64,000 nucleotides of DNA from Lingula anatina (lineage: Eukaryota > Animalia > Brachiopoda), in the NCBI GenBank assembly GCA_051362555.1, contig CM120641.1, positions 29,394,401 through 29,458,400 of the forward strand, given 5' to 3'. How positions within the stretch are numbered: the stretch's first letter is position 1; every line of letters begins with the position of its first letter. Position numbers and translations under genes: made by a program. Below are positions 63,592 through 64,000 of the stretch, piece after piece. The notes under the pieces were generated by a model. That model did not search any database. It worked only from the letters and a program-made list of their open reading frames with translations, and was not told the DNA's origin.

Positions 63592-64000
63592 GTAAGCGGA
63601 CGACAGACTGTGTGCGTTTGCTTTTTGCTTTTCGCTTTTTAGCTTGCTTCTAACAAATTCTACTAAGATGTTTTCCAATATATTATATAAAAGTATATGA
63701 CTCATCGGGTTCAGACGCCGTTTTCAAGAAAGATACTTAAATGGCCCTGTAAAAAGGAATGGTATATCGATCACTTAGCTTCTGTTGAGAAAATGAAAAG
63801 TATGATTTTTTTTGCCATTGATTTTAGCATTTTCACAGGGGACCCGGTGTTGTCAAGATGCCACGACAAATCGGATTATTGTGGCGTTTATCTAGCTTCC
63901 TACTTCATCTGTACTTATACAATTCTTTTAAACGCATTAGCGTTCAAAATATTAGGTCTGTCCTATTATTTCATGATAGTCAAGACTTATACCTTTGCTA

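Noticed and set aside
63839-63960. Further SMOC exon (GDPVLSRCHDKSDYC...)
   Set aside because: The acceptor is plausible, but there is no convincing donor or SMOC motif, so it cannot be supported.

Overview
Repeat-rich genomic DNA from an invertebrate animal, probably a lophotrochozoan (inferred from the hillarin-type gene and repeat families). Three spliced + strand genes can be built by eye: a hillarin/KY-like pseudo-transglutaminase (~4.9-14.2 kb) whose last exon is interrupted by a 1-kb MITE; a 3-exon gene for a 165-aa secreted protein with a possible TGF-beta-prodomain-like pattern (18.8-22.7 kb, exons 2-3 duplicated at 38.9-40.0 kb); and the 5' part of a SMOC gene (Kazal + thyroglobulin type-1, 54.4 kb onward). 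A GC-rich tandem array (1-1124 and 47184-52240) looks like a miniature rDNA on the minus strand: a putative Pol I start, ~300-bp subrepeats, a tRNA/SINE head, and two 18S fragments fused at CCCGGG. This array is split exactly at one CCCGGG by a 46-kb block (1125-47183). The block is bounded by two copies of a TGT...ACA foldback element with CCGG flanks (the Ginger1 signature), which suggests a composite transposon carrying host genes. Inside it are two tandem TTAA-flanked Mutator-like/Kolobok-type transposase elements with terminal (TTAGGG)n tracts, bracketed by a ~6.5-kb direct duplication. All calls are by inspection; no searches were run.
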